A program made the position numbers and the translations under genes. DNA of 40,340 nt, from the NCBI GenBank assembly GCA_001661245.1, contig KV454015.1, forward strand, positions 372,001 through 412,340, written 5' to 3'. Each line of letters opens with the position of its first letter. Position 1 is the stretch's first letter. The notes beneath the pieces are model-generated. The model made no database searches. It had not been told where the DNA came from and saw only the letters and a list, made by a program, of their open reading frames with translations. Shown here piece by piece: positions 20,187 through 30,051 of the stretch. The DNA is from Pachysolen tannophilus NRRL Y-2460 (Eukaryota).

Positions 20187-22259
20187 TTAAATATTGTTAG
20201 ATACTTTGAAAGTTTTCTTTTTCACATCTCTAAACTTGAATTCAAATATACTGCTCAATTTTAAAAGTGAGTACTCGCCCTTTTCATACCTTTTAATTTC
20301 TTCTAATGTCAAAATGTTTTTATTTTGAAATTTTTTATAAACTTCATTCAACTTGGAATACCTTTCTTTGTCACCTTTTAATAGGACCGATAATACATTT
20401 TCCCATTGTGACATGGCCTTTTTTTCATGTAATTTTGTCCACATGTTGGTTAACAAACTCCAAAGTAACAAGATTTTTTGGAAAATTTCAAAATAAAAAT
20501 TGAATGTATAATTCTCCGAGCCCAATTCTATTCCTTTAAAGTAATTCTCAGGATCTGAAAATTTTTCTAAATTCAATAATTCCTCCCAAGATGATTCATC
20601 ATATAAAAAAAGAGAAGTTTCAAAAATTTTTGAATCATTTTTGGGGAGATACCCTGTGTAAAATAATAATAGATCTCTTGAAATATCAATCAAAAATTCT
20701 GTTTCAAATATTTTCGTTACATTGTTGATATCTAAGGTGAAAAATTCCATAAATTCTTTATAGCCCAATTTTTTCAAAGTTTCTTCTATTTTTCCCAAAA
20801 ATACTTTTAAAAGTTGTTCTTTTGTCTTGATGGAACCTAAGAAACTCGATGAATATGTTTTCCCAAAAGATTTTGCTTCTTCTTTTGAAGGATACGAAAG
20901 GCAAATGTATTTATAAACTAGATATAAAAATTTCTTTCTCGTTTGTATGGAGCTTATTCCTAGCTTGATATCAAATGAATTTCTATAAATCATTTCATCA
21001 GTATCATCTGATTCATCTAAAACAGGAATAAGTAAATATCTGTTATTTTCAGTCAATTCATCTTCGTAAATTGGTTGAATGTAATCAATATTGTACTCTC
21101 GTTCGTTGAGAAAAATTCGACTCACAACTTCTTCAAATGCAACAATATCAGCAGAACTACATTTCCTTACTAACAAAAAAATTAGAGTGCCCTTTAGAAC
21201 TTCGAATTTTGTCGATCTTTTGTTATGAGATATATCTTCTTTTTCAAAATTCAGACATGTCACATCAAACTCTAAATTTAAGATCTTCAAAATTAAATTT
21301 ATAATTGGCTTCCAAGCTAACCAGCAAGCTTGATGTTTTAAATCATTAGCTGGTCTCGAAGCACAAGCAAAAGCCCAATTAAACAATTGCCATGGATTGT
21401 TTGTCAATTCTGTATGTAAAAGAGTTCTACCTAGTACTTGGTCTATTCCCTCCACTTTAATCCTATCACCACTCACATTTCTAGAAGAAGAAGGGGAACC
21501 ATAAGTTTCATCATTCACCAAACTGTTATCATTTTCTATTGAAGCTTTATTAGCTTTCGGCATTTGTTCTATACGAGGCCCGCCACCATCACCATTCATT
21601 CTGTCATCATCGGATGAGTACTCTAAATCTTTATACAACATGTCTAGTTGTTTTTTCAAAGGAGATTCATCCAATTTAATATTTTCTTCGTCAATCTTTA
21701 ACGTGGTATGATTTTCAGTCATTTTTTGAGGACTCTCAGTAAAACTTAAATCAAATTCATAATCAATTGATTTCCTCTTCAGAGGCAACCTTCTTCGACT
21801 TCTATCCCTAAAAGATTCATTCCTTCTTGCATTATCTTTGATAAAATCCACAAGTAAAAACAATTGTTCTCTGAGTAGTAATTTTTCTGATTCTAATGGT
21901 TTTATATGTTCACCAAAAATTTTCAGATTTTCATTATTATTCGACTCAACATGATTATCAATTGAAGCAAGTTCACATAAATTGATCAAAATATCCAAAG
22001 CTCTTAAATTTAAAGGTCTAACATTATCGTTATTTACATTGACCTTAAAATAATGGAAATGACTTGAAATTACAGCAAGAGTCAATAAAATCTGTAGAGC
22101 TTTTGGTGAAGGAAACTTTATCAATGGTAAACTTTGGTATAATGTAGATTCAATATACTCTACCAATCGATCATAGCTCTTATAGTCTATTAATGAGTTT
22201 TGCCATTCAAATTCTCTTTGATGAAATTCTTCAATATCAATTTGCGTCAAATATGACAT
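20187..22259 (-). CDS. NSE5: Smc5/6 complex subunit Nse5-like
   Basis: The N-terminus (H..EFEWQNSL....YDRLVEYIE, LQILLTLAVISS, LNLRALDIL) parallels my recollection of the yeast Nse5 N-terminus. PWQLFNWAFAC...WLAWK resembles the fungal Nse5 core. Confidence 0.65.
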   Translation of the reverse strand: MSYLTQIDIEEFHQREFEWQNSLIDYKSYDRLVEYIESTLYQSLPLIKFPSPKALQILLTLAVISSHFHYFKVNVNNDNVRPLNLRALDILINLCELASIDNHVESNNNENLKIFGEHIKPLESEKLLLREQLFLLVDFIKDNARRNESFRDRSRRRLPLKRKSIDYEFDLSFTESPQKMTENHTTLKIDEENIKLDESPLKKQLDMLYKDLEYSSDDDRMNGDGGGPRIEQMPKANKASIENDNSLVNDETYGSPSSSRNVSGDRIKVEGIDQVLGRTLLHTELTNNPWQLFNWAFACASRPANDLKHQACWLAWKPIINLILKILNLEFDVTCLNFEKEDISHNKRSTKFEVLKGTLIFLLVRKCSSADIVAFEEVVSRIFLNEREYNIDYIQPIYEDELTENNRYLLIPVLDESDDTDEMIYRNSFDIKLGISSIQTRKKFLYLVYKYICLSYPSKEEAKSFGKTYSSSFLGSIKTKEQLLKVFLGKIEETLKKLGYKEFMEFFTLDINNVTKIFETEFLIDISRDLLLFYTGYLPKNDSKIFETSLFLYDESSWEELLNLEKFSDPENYFKGIELGSENYTFNFYFEIFQKILLLWSLLTNMWTKLHEKKAMSQWENVLSVLLKGDKERYSKLNEVYKKFQNKNILTLEEIKRYEKGEYSLLKLSSIFEFKFRDVKKKTFKVSNNI

Positions 22260-22474
22260 TCAGCTTCAACTTACTTAGATATAGACAAAAATTAGTATAC
22301 CCCTTTTTCTACATTACAAGGAAGATATATAGACAGAAAAACCCGTTTGCTTTTTTTATTTCAAAGGTAATACATACATGATGGATACACGACTAACTTA
22401 AAACCGTAGATCATTTAAATTTATCTATTTTATGATAAAAGGCGATTAAAGGGTATTTATTGTTGTGTTTAAGA

Positions 22475-24373
22475 TTATGACAGTGATGATTCTTGATAAA
22501 ATTCAGGCCAGCATTTTGCTTCTTTGCAATAAATCATCAAAATTTTTTCAAAAATTTTCATTAATTCAAATATTTTAAATTTGATTTTAAAATATTCTTT
22601 CAAGACGTTTTTTTCAATCTCGCAAGATAAGAATTTTAAATCATCAGTCAACATTGTTAAACATTTTTGTAATTCACCTAATTCCTGTATATTATAAACG
22701 ATTTCATTTAGTCTTTCTGCTGATGACATTGAGTTAATATTTTTTGAAGCCAGATATCCTAATTCCCCAGTATTATTACTTGAACCAAACAAATTTTTCC
22801 ATTTTGGATTTTTACGCCTTTTAATGGAACTATTTTCTGGATTATAAAAATCTCTAGTTCCATATTCTTCATTATAATTATTGTCTCTAATGTTATTATT
22901 TATTTTCTTATGTTTTTTAAGTTCTAATCTTCTTACTGCTTCTGCTATTGTAGGAGAATCTTCTGCTCCTTTTTTTAATGCAATACTTAATTTTGAATTT
23001 GAATTTTCTGTTTCTATTAATAATTTAGTCCTATTTTGTCTTTTTAAAACAGTGTTTTTAAAATAATGTAATTGAATTTCTTTAAGTTTTCTAAAAGTTA
23101 ATAAATTCATGACAACATGACATTGATTTTTTAAATCTTGTAAAGGTTCTTTAAAATTTATTATAAAATTTTTAATAAAAATTTCTAAATTTATAAAATC
23201 AGAATCAATTGATTGACCAATTTTTTCAACTAAAGAATTATTATCAAATAATGAAAAAACGTTAAAATTTCCACCTAATTCAATTTTTTTCAGTACTAAT
23301 TCTCTTAAATTATTTTCAATTTGTAAAGAAATTTTGTTTAAATTATTTAATTCCATTTTTAAATTATTAAATTTACATTCTAATGGTTTAAATATTTCAC
23401 GATTCAATTTTGAATCAAATGATTTTAATGAACCGACTGGAGGTATAGATAAATATGAATAATATGGGTTTGCTCCTGTTGGATTTGAAGGGGATGATAA
23501 TAATAAATTTGATGGTAATAAAGTGAAAGGTGCGTATTGTAAGACTTCTAACCATACTCTTTCATCTGGATCAATAAATTTTTGAAAAATTATACATGAT
23601 CTTATATCATCATCATTATTCAAATATTTTAAAAAATTATTAAATTTTCTTTTTCTAAAATCTATAATTAAATTATCTCTATTATCACTTCTATTGATAA
23701 TATCTTTAAAAGAATGTTTTTCAGGAATTAATGGTATTATCTTTGTTGGGAAAAATTTTAATAAATTAATTCTTAAAGAATGGAAATCTGAATAACGTCT
23801 TCTTGTATAACGACCATTATTATCATTATTATTATTGATTATTTGAATTATATAAAAAGTAACACCGTTAAATACTTCTGTGGAAACTATTTCAATTTCA
23901 GTCTTCAGTTTCCATTGAACATTATCTCGATTTAAAAACGAACTCTGTCCCAATAAACTATCTGCAGTCTCATTCCCATTCCCATTACTATTATCATTCC
24001 CATTACTAGTACTATTACCAGTAGTATTACCAGTACTATTGTTACCGCCGTTGGTATTGGTATTTTTTTTGTTATTGCTATTGTTTGCCATCTCCCTTTC
24101 AATCAAATCAGCATTACCTGTATCTTCAAAATCATCATGTAAAACTTTAGCACTACTCAATACACTACTATTAAACCCATAAGGATCATTCAATATACTA
24201 TTACTTGCATGATTAGTAAATATCGAATCATGCATTATATTATCATTCACATTATGATTTCCCCCATCATTACCTCCTCCTATATTAGTAAAATAACTAT
24301 CAATATTACTACTATAATTATAATGATCCGATCCAATAAATGGATTGTTATTATCTTCTTCATCAAAATCCAT
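22475..24373 (-). CDS. PX-BAR sorting nexin, Snx41/Atg20 type
   Basis: EEDNNNPF N-terminus, PX motif RRRYSDFHSLR..L..FFPTKIIPLIPEKHS, IIDFRKRKFNNFL, FQKFIDP, BAR-like helical C-terminus; Asn/Gly-rich insert. Confidence 0.85.
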   Translation of the reverse strand: MDFDEEDNNNPFIGSDHYNYSSNIDSYFTNIGGGNDGGNHNVNDNIMHDSIFTNHASNSILNDPYGFNSSVLSSAKVLHDDFEDTGNADLIEREMANNSNNKKNTNTNGGNNSTGNTTGNSTSNGNDNSNGNGNETADSLLGQSSFLNRDNVQWKLKTEIEIVSTEVFNGVTFYIIQIINNNNDNNGRYTRRRYSDFHSLRINLLKFFPTKIIPLIPEKHSFKDIINRSDNRDNLIIDFRKRKFNNFLKYLNNDDDIRSCIIFQKFIDPDERVWLEVLQYAPFTLLPSNLLLSSPSNPTGANPYYSYLSIPPVGSLKSFDSKLNREIFKPLECKFNNLKMELNNLNKISLQIENNLRELVLKKIELGGNFNVFSLFDNNSLVEKIGQSIDSDFINLEIFIKNFIINFKEPLQDLKNQCHVVMNLLTFRKLKEIQLHYFKNTVLKRQNRTKLLIETENSNSKLSIALKKGAEDSPTIAEAVRRLELKKHKKINNNIRDNNYNEEYGTRDFYNPENSSIKRRKNPKWKNLFGSSNNTGELGYLASKNINSMSSAERLNEIVYNIQELGELQKCLTMLTDDLKFLSCEIEKNVLKEYFKIKFKIFELMKIFEKILMIYCKEAKCWPEFYQESSLS

Positions 24374-24780
24374 CGCCCATTATTATCTAATTATATACTA
24401 AAAAAAAAGGAAAAAAAAAAACAAAACAATTAAATAAATAATTATATATTATTTGTTTTGTTTTGTTTTGTATCATTTTCCTTTATTAAAAGATAAAAAA
24501 GATTATCAATTTCTAAAAACAATTCAATTTGCCCTTCTTATTAATTCGATGATGGGCTTGCCCTTTTTTGTTGTTGTTTTTTGCCCCTGATCTTGAGTGG
24601 TGGGGCAAATTTAATTTAAAAAAATCATAAAAATAAACAAAAGGAAGAACAGAGAGAAAAGAAGAACAAAGGGGGAACTTTCTAGTTTATAAAGAATTAA
24701 TATAAATTGAAAGAAAGTATTTTATTTGGATCATCATCAATCAAGAAACTATTAGTTTTTGAAATAAAGGATTGTTGGAA

Positions 24781-25394
24781 ATGTCGACTCGTAAGTGTGA
24801 AAGTTGTTTTTTTTTTTTTTTTTTTTTGGTTCTTTGTTTTACTTGGAACAAAAAAATATTAATATTCAATCTTTTTTGTTTTTTTGTTTTAGCTGTGGTA
24901 AAATCTTCTGATATGGTAAGTTGTTGAAGTCTTTGGTTTTTGTTGCTTTTGATCACTGTTATATTGAGCTAACAAGTTTTTTTTTTTGTTTTGTTGTTGT
25001 TGTTGTTTTAAAGCCAGAAGAGTTACAGTCTAAAGTATTTGAATTGAGTCTAATTGCTGTAAAGAAATTTACAGTTGAAAAAGAAATTGCAAATTACTTG
25101 AAAAAAGAGGTGAGTTTATTTGTTACCAATGTTAATGGAGATTTTAGATCTTAAATACTAATGTTTTAATTTTTCATTAAAAGATGGACGCGCTTTGTGG
25201 TCCTATGTGGCATTGTATTGTCGGTAAGAATTTTGGTAGTTATGTTACACATGGTGAGTATTATTGAAAAAAAAAAAAAAAGTTAATAATGTTTTTTTGC
25301 AAGTTTGTAATTACTAACTATTTTAAAAGAAATGGGGTACTTTATTTATTTTTATATTGATAACTTGGCATTCTTGTTGTTTCGTACGGGCTAA
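24781..25394 (+). CDS. DYN2: Dynein light chain LC8; 5 exons: 24781-24790, 24893-24915, 25014-25109, 25184-25253, 25330-25394
   Basis: Splicing gives 264 nt: MSTPVVKSSDMPEELQSKVFELSLIAVKKFTVEKEIANYLKKEMDALCGPMWHCIVGKNFGSYVTHEMGYFIYFYIDNLAFLLFRTG*. Donors are GTAAGT x2 and GTGAGT x2. Confidence 0.95.
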
Positions 25395-25631
25395 ATAAAA
25401 TTCCAATTTCCTTTTTTTATATATATAAATAGCTTATGCTAAGGAAGTTGTTGTTCAAAAACAGGGAACCCCACAAGGAAGGAAACTAAGAATCATCCAT
25501 AGTACGTAATGAAAGGTTGAATAAAATTTATTAAAAACGTATAGTTATACATATTATAATTTCTGTCCATATTAATATTGTCTTTTTCAGTTTAATATAT
25601 ATATATATATATATATAAATATAATGAAATA

Positions 25632-26980
25632 TTAAATCTTGAATATATTTCTTTTAACTTTTAGAGGGCTAACGTTATTACCGTTATGTGATTGTGTTGC
25701 ATTAGAATTAAATATATTCCCACTTTTACCCATTTTTAATTTTTTAAAAATTGGTGAAAAATCATTTGAACCTTCGTTATCACTATTTCCATCATTATCT
25801 TCATTATCTTCAATTAATTTTCTGTTTTTAATATTTAATCTAATTTTTCTTTTCTTTCTACTGGTATTTGAAGACGTTGTAGTATCATCATTACTAGCAC
25901 TGTTATTATTATTATTACTATTATTATTATTATTTGATTTTTCAACTGATGATGTCACATCTGGAATACCTCTTTTAAATGAAAAATCAACTTCTTCTTT
26001 TGAATCTTCTTCAAAAATTGACATTTTTTCACTAGAATCTGTATTTATCTTGGAATTTTCAGCAATTATATTTTTAAGAGGGCTTGGTTTTTTTTTTGCT
26101 CTAATAATCTTTTAATTGGAGATTTAGAATTACCTCCTGAATTTGTTGTTGATATAACTAAAGTAGCCAACGATGATGATTTCATTGGAGTATAGTTATC
26201 CTTCTTTTGTTGTTGAATTTGGTTTTTCAGTGCGATAGCACTTATAACATTATTATATGATTGATCAGGGGTTGAAGTTGCCAATGCTGCAGCTGTTGAT
26301 CCAAATTTATTTTTATTTTTGGAAAACAATTTATTTGAAATATTATTGTTATTCGAAGGAGTAAGTTGCATAGTTGTTGAAAGTAAATCATGTTGTTTTT
26401 CAGATGGTGAAAGTTGAGTTTTTAAATCTTTATTTTTTAAAGCTGAAATTCTTTTCAAATATGGAGTTGTAGAAAGTGTTACTTGAGAATGTACATTTTT
26501 TTTATTATTCTTGTCTTTAAGTTCTTGTTGTTGTCGTAATTGTTGTTGTTCTCTTTCTTGCAGAAATTTGGAATTTTTCTTTGTTAATTCAATTTTAGAT
26601 TCTAACATTGATTTTTCAACAGAAAATTTTCTTTCTAAATTTTTTTTTTCAATTGTAATTGAACTTATCTGATTATTTAATTGATTTATAATTTTTTTCA
26701 ATTTTGAAATTTCAATCTCATTCTCATTACCATTATCCTTGATGGAACTAAGAGACTTTGGTTCAACTTCTAAAATATCATTTTCCTCCGTTGTTTCTAC
26801 AATATTTAAACCTTTTTTCTTTTCATCATAATATTTAAATTGCAATAAAGAAATTATTAAACATGACAATCGTAATACAGTTAAATTCATATCACTAACA
26901 ACTTTCTCTGATTCCCTCAAATCTTTAAGCGATCGACTATACTCCAAATAATCCATTAGCATTTCACATCCCAGCATCAT
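25632..26980 (-). CDS. Coiled-coil protein, possibly monopolin subunit Lrs4/Mde4-like; split into two ORFs by a one-base frame discontinuity near 26066-26113
   Basis: The downstream frame is open from about 26112 (KIIRAKKKPSPLKNIIAENSKINTDSSEKMSIFEED) and overlaps the end of the upstream ORF. The joined protein has an N-terminal helix and coiled coil, several S/T-P sites, a KKRKIRL patch and a terminal SPLK motif. The family call is weak. Confidence 0.55.
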
Positions 26981-27269
26981 CAAGACTCATATACCACCAA
27001 TACCCTTTATTATCCTATTATCCTACAATCACTTTTCTTTTATAATTGTTATTATTATCTTGATGTTTCTTTAATGTGAAAAAAAAAGGTAAACACAAAA
27101 ACTTCAAAATTATTGAAAATTATTTTACACGACAAAGTTTTTTATAGTTTTGTTGTTTTCTAGTTCAAGCTTGGTTTAATATAATAATTTTTTAAAAAAA
27201 AAGGTTGGTGGATTTTAGAATTGGTATTAGGACAAGGAAGCATAGGTATATATATGGGTGTATGATAGG

Positions 27270-28328
27270 ATGAGAGTGATTCAATTGGTGTTTTTTTTAA
27301 CACTGTTGTTGGTTAATTTGTCGTCAGCGGCTTATTCGAGAGATCATTTAAGATCTTTACAAGAAAATTCTCAAGATGGTGTAATAGTTGTTAAAGATTC
27401 AACTTTTGATGAATTTTATCTGGGTCAAAAGGATTATTTTTTAATTACTTTATTTACTGCTAGTGATCCAAAATATAAATGTAATGCTTGCAATTTTATA
27501 AAACCTGTATTTGAAGTATTATCACGGAGTTTTATGATTGATTTTCCTAATAATAAGGAAGTTTTTTTCGCAATTGCAGATTTTAGTGATAATGAAAACC
27601 ATTATAATAATTTACAAATGACAACTGTTCCTCATGTTTGGATTCACCCACCTTCGAAAGTCTTGGTAGATTTAAATAACTTGGAAGATGAGATTGAATT
27701 AAAAGAAGCTCAAAAAAAATTAGATCTGCTTAATGTAAGAAGTGAACATTATACTTATACTGTACCAGATAATTTTGTAAATAATAAAGATTATCAAGGA
27801 GCTGAATTACATCTTGGAAATTTTTTAAGCCAAGTATTGCATTTGAATATATTGATTCATAGACCTTTTGATATCAGTGATTTTTTCAAAAAATTCATTT
27901 TTTTCTTATGTCTTTTTTTATTGTTGAAAAAAAGAGGATCAAATATTTTGAAAAATATTGAAAATAAATATGTTTGGTTTGCATTTTCATTATTCATAAT
28001 ATTATTAGCAGTTACAGGTTCAAATTTTTGTATTCAAAGGCAAGTTCCATTTGTTGCTAAGAATAAGGAAAACGAAATTATGTATTTTAGTGGAGGAACT
28101 CATTACCAATTCGGACTAGAAATTATTAATATCTCAATTGTATACACACTTCTTGCAGGACAAGTGATCTTGTTGACTACTATAATTCCAAAAATTGAAA
28201 ATATCAAAATGAAAAATCTGTTGACTTTTTTAACAACAATTGCCTTGTTCATTTCATATAATATTCTCACCACTATTTTCAAAATTAAAGATCCAGAATA
28301 TAAATTCAATTATTGGAAAGTATTCTAA
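27270..28328 (+). CDS. Oligosaccharyltransferase subunit, Ost3/Ost6 family
   Basis: Signal peptide, thioredoxin-like CNAC (CxxC), FFAIADF, VPHVWIHPP, RQVPFV, FSGGTHYQFGLE, several TM helices, FKIKDPEY. ATG at 27270; the track start is GTG. Confidence 0.92.
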   Translation: MRVIQLVFFLTLLLVNLSSAAYSRDHLRSLQENSQDGVIVVKDSTFDEFYLGQKDYFLITLFTASDPKYKCNACNFIKPVFEVLSRSFMIDFPNNKEVFFAIADFSDNENHYNNLQMTTVPHVWIHPPSKVLVDLNNLEDEIELKEAQKKLDLLNVRSEHYTYTVPDNFVNNKDYQGAELHLGNFLSQVLHLNILIHRPFDISDFFKKFIFFLCLFLLLKKRGSNILKNIENKYVWFAFSLFIILLAVTGSNFCIQRQVPFVAKNKENEIMYFSGGTHYQFGLEIINISIVYTLLAGQVILLTTIIPKIENIKMKNLLTFLTTIALFISYNILTTIFKIKDPEYKFNYWKVF

Positions 28329-28387
28329 TAACTATACTTAGTCTTCTCTTTTGTCCCTCATGTGTGTCTCTGAGCTGTCGTCTCATC

Positions 28388-28452
28388 GTTGCTGTTGTTG
28401 TTGTCCTCGTTGTTGTCGTTGAAGTTGTTGTCGTTGAAGTTGAAGTTGTTGT
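28388..28452. repeat. Degenerate GTT/GTC/GAA triplet repeat with a duplicated 15-mer (GTTGTTGTCGTTGAA)
   Basis: Directly visible between the OST gene and the THI74-like gene. Confidence 0.7.
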
Positions 28453-28600
28453 AATTGTATAAAGGTCGTGTGAGAATTTTGGAATCGGTTTTAACCAGCG
28501 TTTTATAAAAGATAAGATAAATAGAGAGATAAATATATAGTTATTTATTATAAATTGATAAAATAGATTGGAAAGTAAATTAATAGTAATAGATATCAGA

Positions 28601-29779
28601 ATGGCACAGATATCGTCATTAGTTCTGATATCGAAGAGGCAAAGCAAGTGGACGCTTGGCTTAATTATGCTAGGGTTGGTGGTTGTATTTTGGGTTTTAT
28701 CTTCATTTTTGGTTAATAATATTTTTCAAAATAACGTTTATCCTAAACCATTTTTATTGACTTATTTGAATACAGGTGCTTTTGTATTCTATTTGATACC
28801 TTTTACCTTTGATGAACTGAAAAAAAAATACTATCGTTACAAGCATAATAAAATAAACAATTATAATGAGCTTCACGAATATAATGAAAATCTCAATGAA
28901 AGTAATGTTCATAATAATGATGGTATTAATAATAATAATGATAATATTGATGATAATGATGAATCTAACGGTATAAGTGAAAATGCTGATAATCACAATG
29001 ATTTTGAAAAATTATCTTTAAGAGAAACCATGTGGTTGGCCTTTCTTTTTTGTACATTGTGGTTTTTATCAAATTTAGTTACAAATGCTTCTTTAATATT
29101 CACCAGTGTTTCATCACAAACAATATTAAGTTCAACTGCCAGTTTTTTCACATTGATTATTGGTTGGTTATTCAATATTGAAAAAATCAATTTTAAAAAA
29201 ATATTTGGTTTGGTATTATCTTTCATTGGTATAGTGTTAGTAACAAATTATGACTTCAATGTACAAGTGGAGACAGAGAACAATAAGATTCTGGTGATAT
29301 ACGGAAATATTTTAGCCCTCTTAGGAGCGCTATGTTATGGTGTTTATTCAATTCTATTAAAGTTAAAGATCAAAGATGAAAAAAATATAGATATGAATAT
29401 ATTTTTTGGATTTGTAGGTTTATTTAGTTTGTTGCTTTTATGGTTACCATTAGTGATATTGAATTACTACAACGTCGAAAAATTAGAGTTACCACCATCA
29501 GGTAAAGTTTGGGAAATATTACTTATCAATGGTTTCATAACTGTTATATCTGACTTTTTATGGGCAAAGGCAATGCTTTTAACTTCACCATTAACTGTTA
29601 CAGTCGGTTTATCCTTAACAATTCCGTTAGCAATGTTTGGTGATTTTTTTGTTAAAAATGAGCCTATTACTTTTGTTTACCTTATTGGAGCACTTATACT
29701 ATGCATATCGTTTTTGGTTATCAATAACGACGAGATAGTTGATGAGGTTGAAGTATTTGAAGAGGAAGGACCTGAATAA
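28601..29779 (+). CDS. EamA/DMT transporter, Thi74/YML018C (SLC35F5-like)
   Basis: WTLGLIMLGLVVVFWVLSSFL, KPFLLTYLNT, LWFLSN...NASL..TSVSSQTILSST, FFGFVGLF, SDFLWAKAMLLTSPLTVTVGLSLTIPLAM. ATG at 28601. Confidence 0.92.
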   Translation: MAQISSLVLISKRQSKWTLGLIMLGLVVVFWVLSSFLVNNIFQNNVYPKPFLLTYLNTGAFVFYLIPFTFDELKKKYYRYKHNKINNYNELHEYNENLNESNVHNNDGINNNNDNIDDNDESNGISENADNHNDFEKLSLRETMWLAFLFCTLWFLSNLVTNASLIFTSVSSQTILSSTASFFTLIIGWLFNIEKINFKKIFGLVLSFIGIVLVTNYDFNVQVETENNKILVIYGNILALLGALCYGVYSILLKLKIKDEKNIDMNIFFGFVGLFSLLLLWLPLVILNYYNVEKLELPPSGKVWEILLINGFITVISDFLWAKAMLLTSPLTVTVGLSLTIPLAMFGDFFVKNEPITFVYLIGALILCISFLVINNDEIVDEVEVFEEEGPE

Positions 29780-30051
29780 TTTTTTTTTTTTAGTTGATTT
29801 TGACTCTACACCTATTATAAGTTATAATCTTCATAAATTTTCATTTATTGTAAATATTTTTCGAGGCATCACATCTATTTATGAAAAATAGAACGAACGT
29901 TATAATAAAAAAGGAAAAAAAACCACCAAGTCAAAATGAGAAATCCAAAAAATACAAGAAAATACAAGAACAATAAATAACGAAACAAAAAAAAAAAAAA
30001 ATAAAAAAAATCATCCATATCCATTCCAAAAAAGTACTTCATAAAACGAGG

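Noticed and set aside
24921..25154. 77-aa ORF from the track
   Set aside because: It is DYN2 exon 3 read through the flanking intron sequence.
25639..26115. 158-aa + strand ORF and similar antisense ORFs (e.g. 7743-8012, 18330-18695, 38746-39162)
   Set aside because: These are antisense shadows of real genes, produced by low-complexity codons.
28306..28647. 113-aa minus-strand ORF with a poly-Thr stretch
   Set aside because: It has a non-ATG start, overlaps both neighbours, and the Thr run merely reflects the GTT repeat.
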